This document shows positions 34,541 to 34,732 of a DNA stretch of 34,732 nt, piece by piece. The DNA lies in IMG/VR virus record IMGVR_UViG_2847556114_000004; one strand, written 5' to 3'. A program made the translations under genes and the position numbers. A model generated the notes under the pieces. That model did not search any database. It saw only the letters and a list, made by a program, of their open reading frames with translations, and was not told the origin of the DNA. Position 1 is the stretch's first letter. Every line of letters begins with the position of its first letter. This stretch comes from an uncultured virus (IMG/VR IMGVR_UViG_2847556114_000004) (taxonomy: Duplodnaviria; Heunggongvirae; Uroviricota; Caudoviricetes).

Positions 34541-34732
34541 TCAGAAATCACTGTATTCCTGGGCCGGACGCCAGAAGCTGTCGATATAATCGTCCGCAGG
34601 TAAACATCCGCCGTTACGAATGCGCTGATCGTCCATCGATACAAGGCATTGCTGCTCAGTTTTGTAGACATCAACCACGATATCTTCACAACCGCCGTCA
34701 AGGTAGCACACAAAAAGAACCAGCGTGAACAT
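34541..34732 (-). CDS. yebW: YebW family (DUF1482) small protein
   Basis: MFTLVLFVCYLDGGCEDIVVDVY.TEQQCL..M.DQRIR.GGC...FWRPAQEY.DF closely resembles E. coli YebW; synteny with pphA. Confidence 0.92.
   Translation of the reverse strand: MFTLVLFVCYLDGGCEDIVVDVYKTEQQCLVSMDDQRIRNGGCLPADDYIDSFWRPAQEYSDF

Overview
The window holds the right-hand ~32 kb of a temperate enterobacterial prophage plus ~2.5 kb of flank. The prophage runs: DnaC-like helicase loader (cut by the window edge), ead/Ea22/DUF551 accessory genes, DUF1367-ninG-ylcG-Q, pR'/tR', pinholin-SAR endolysin-Rz/Rz1, a moron-rich stretch, a lambda-like cos site, a lambda-type head module and a Mu-like contractile tail module. It ends at an att core (32198-32225) that matches the 3' end of the SdsR/RyeB sRNA. 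Beyond it lie an AT-rich, frameshifted ~426-codon gene with PIN-like acidic motifs, then the chromosomal genes pphA and yebW. The most notable unexplained signals are: (i) a lambda-type nut site (boxA plus boxB with a compensatory base pair) between a candidate promoter and a terminator in the late region, upstream of a broken rha gene; (ii) the PIN-like islet gene at the sdsR hotspot; (iii) cassette-like morons bounded by repeated terminators or palindromes; (iv) a readable cosQ/cosN/cosB with a predicted 12-nt cohesive end. All family assignments come from motif recognition by eye; no database searches were run.
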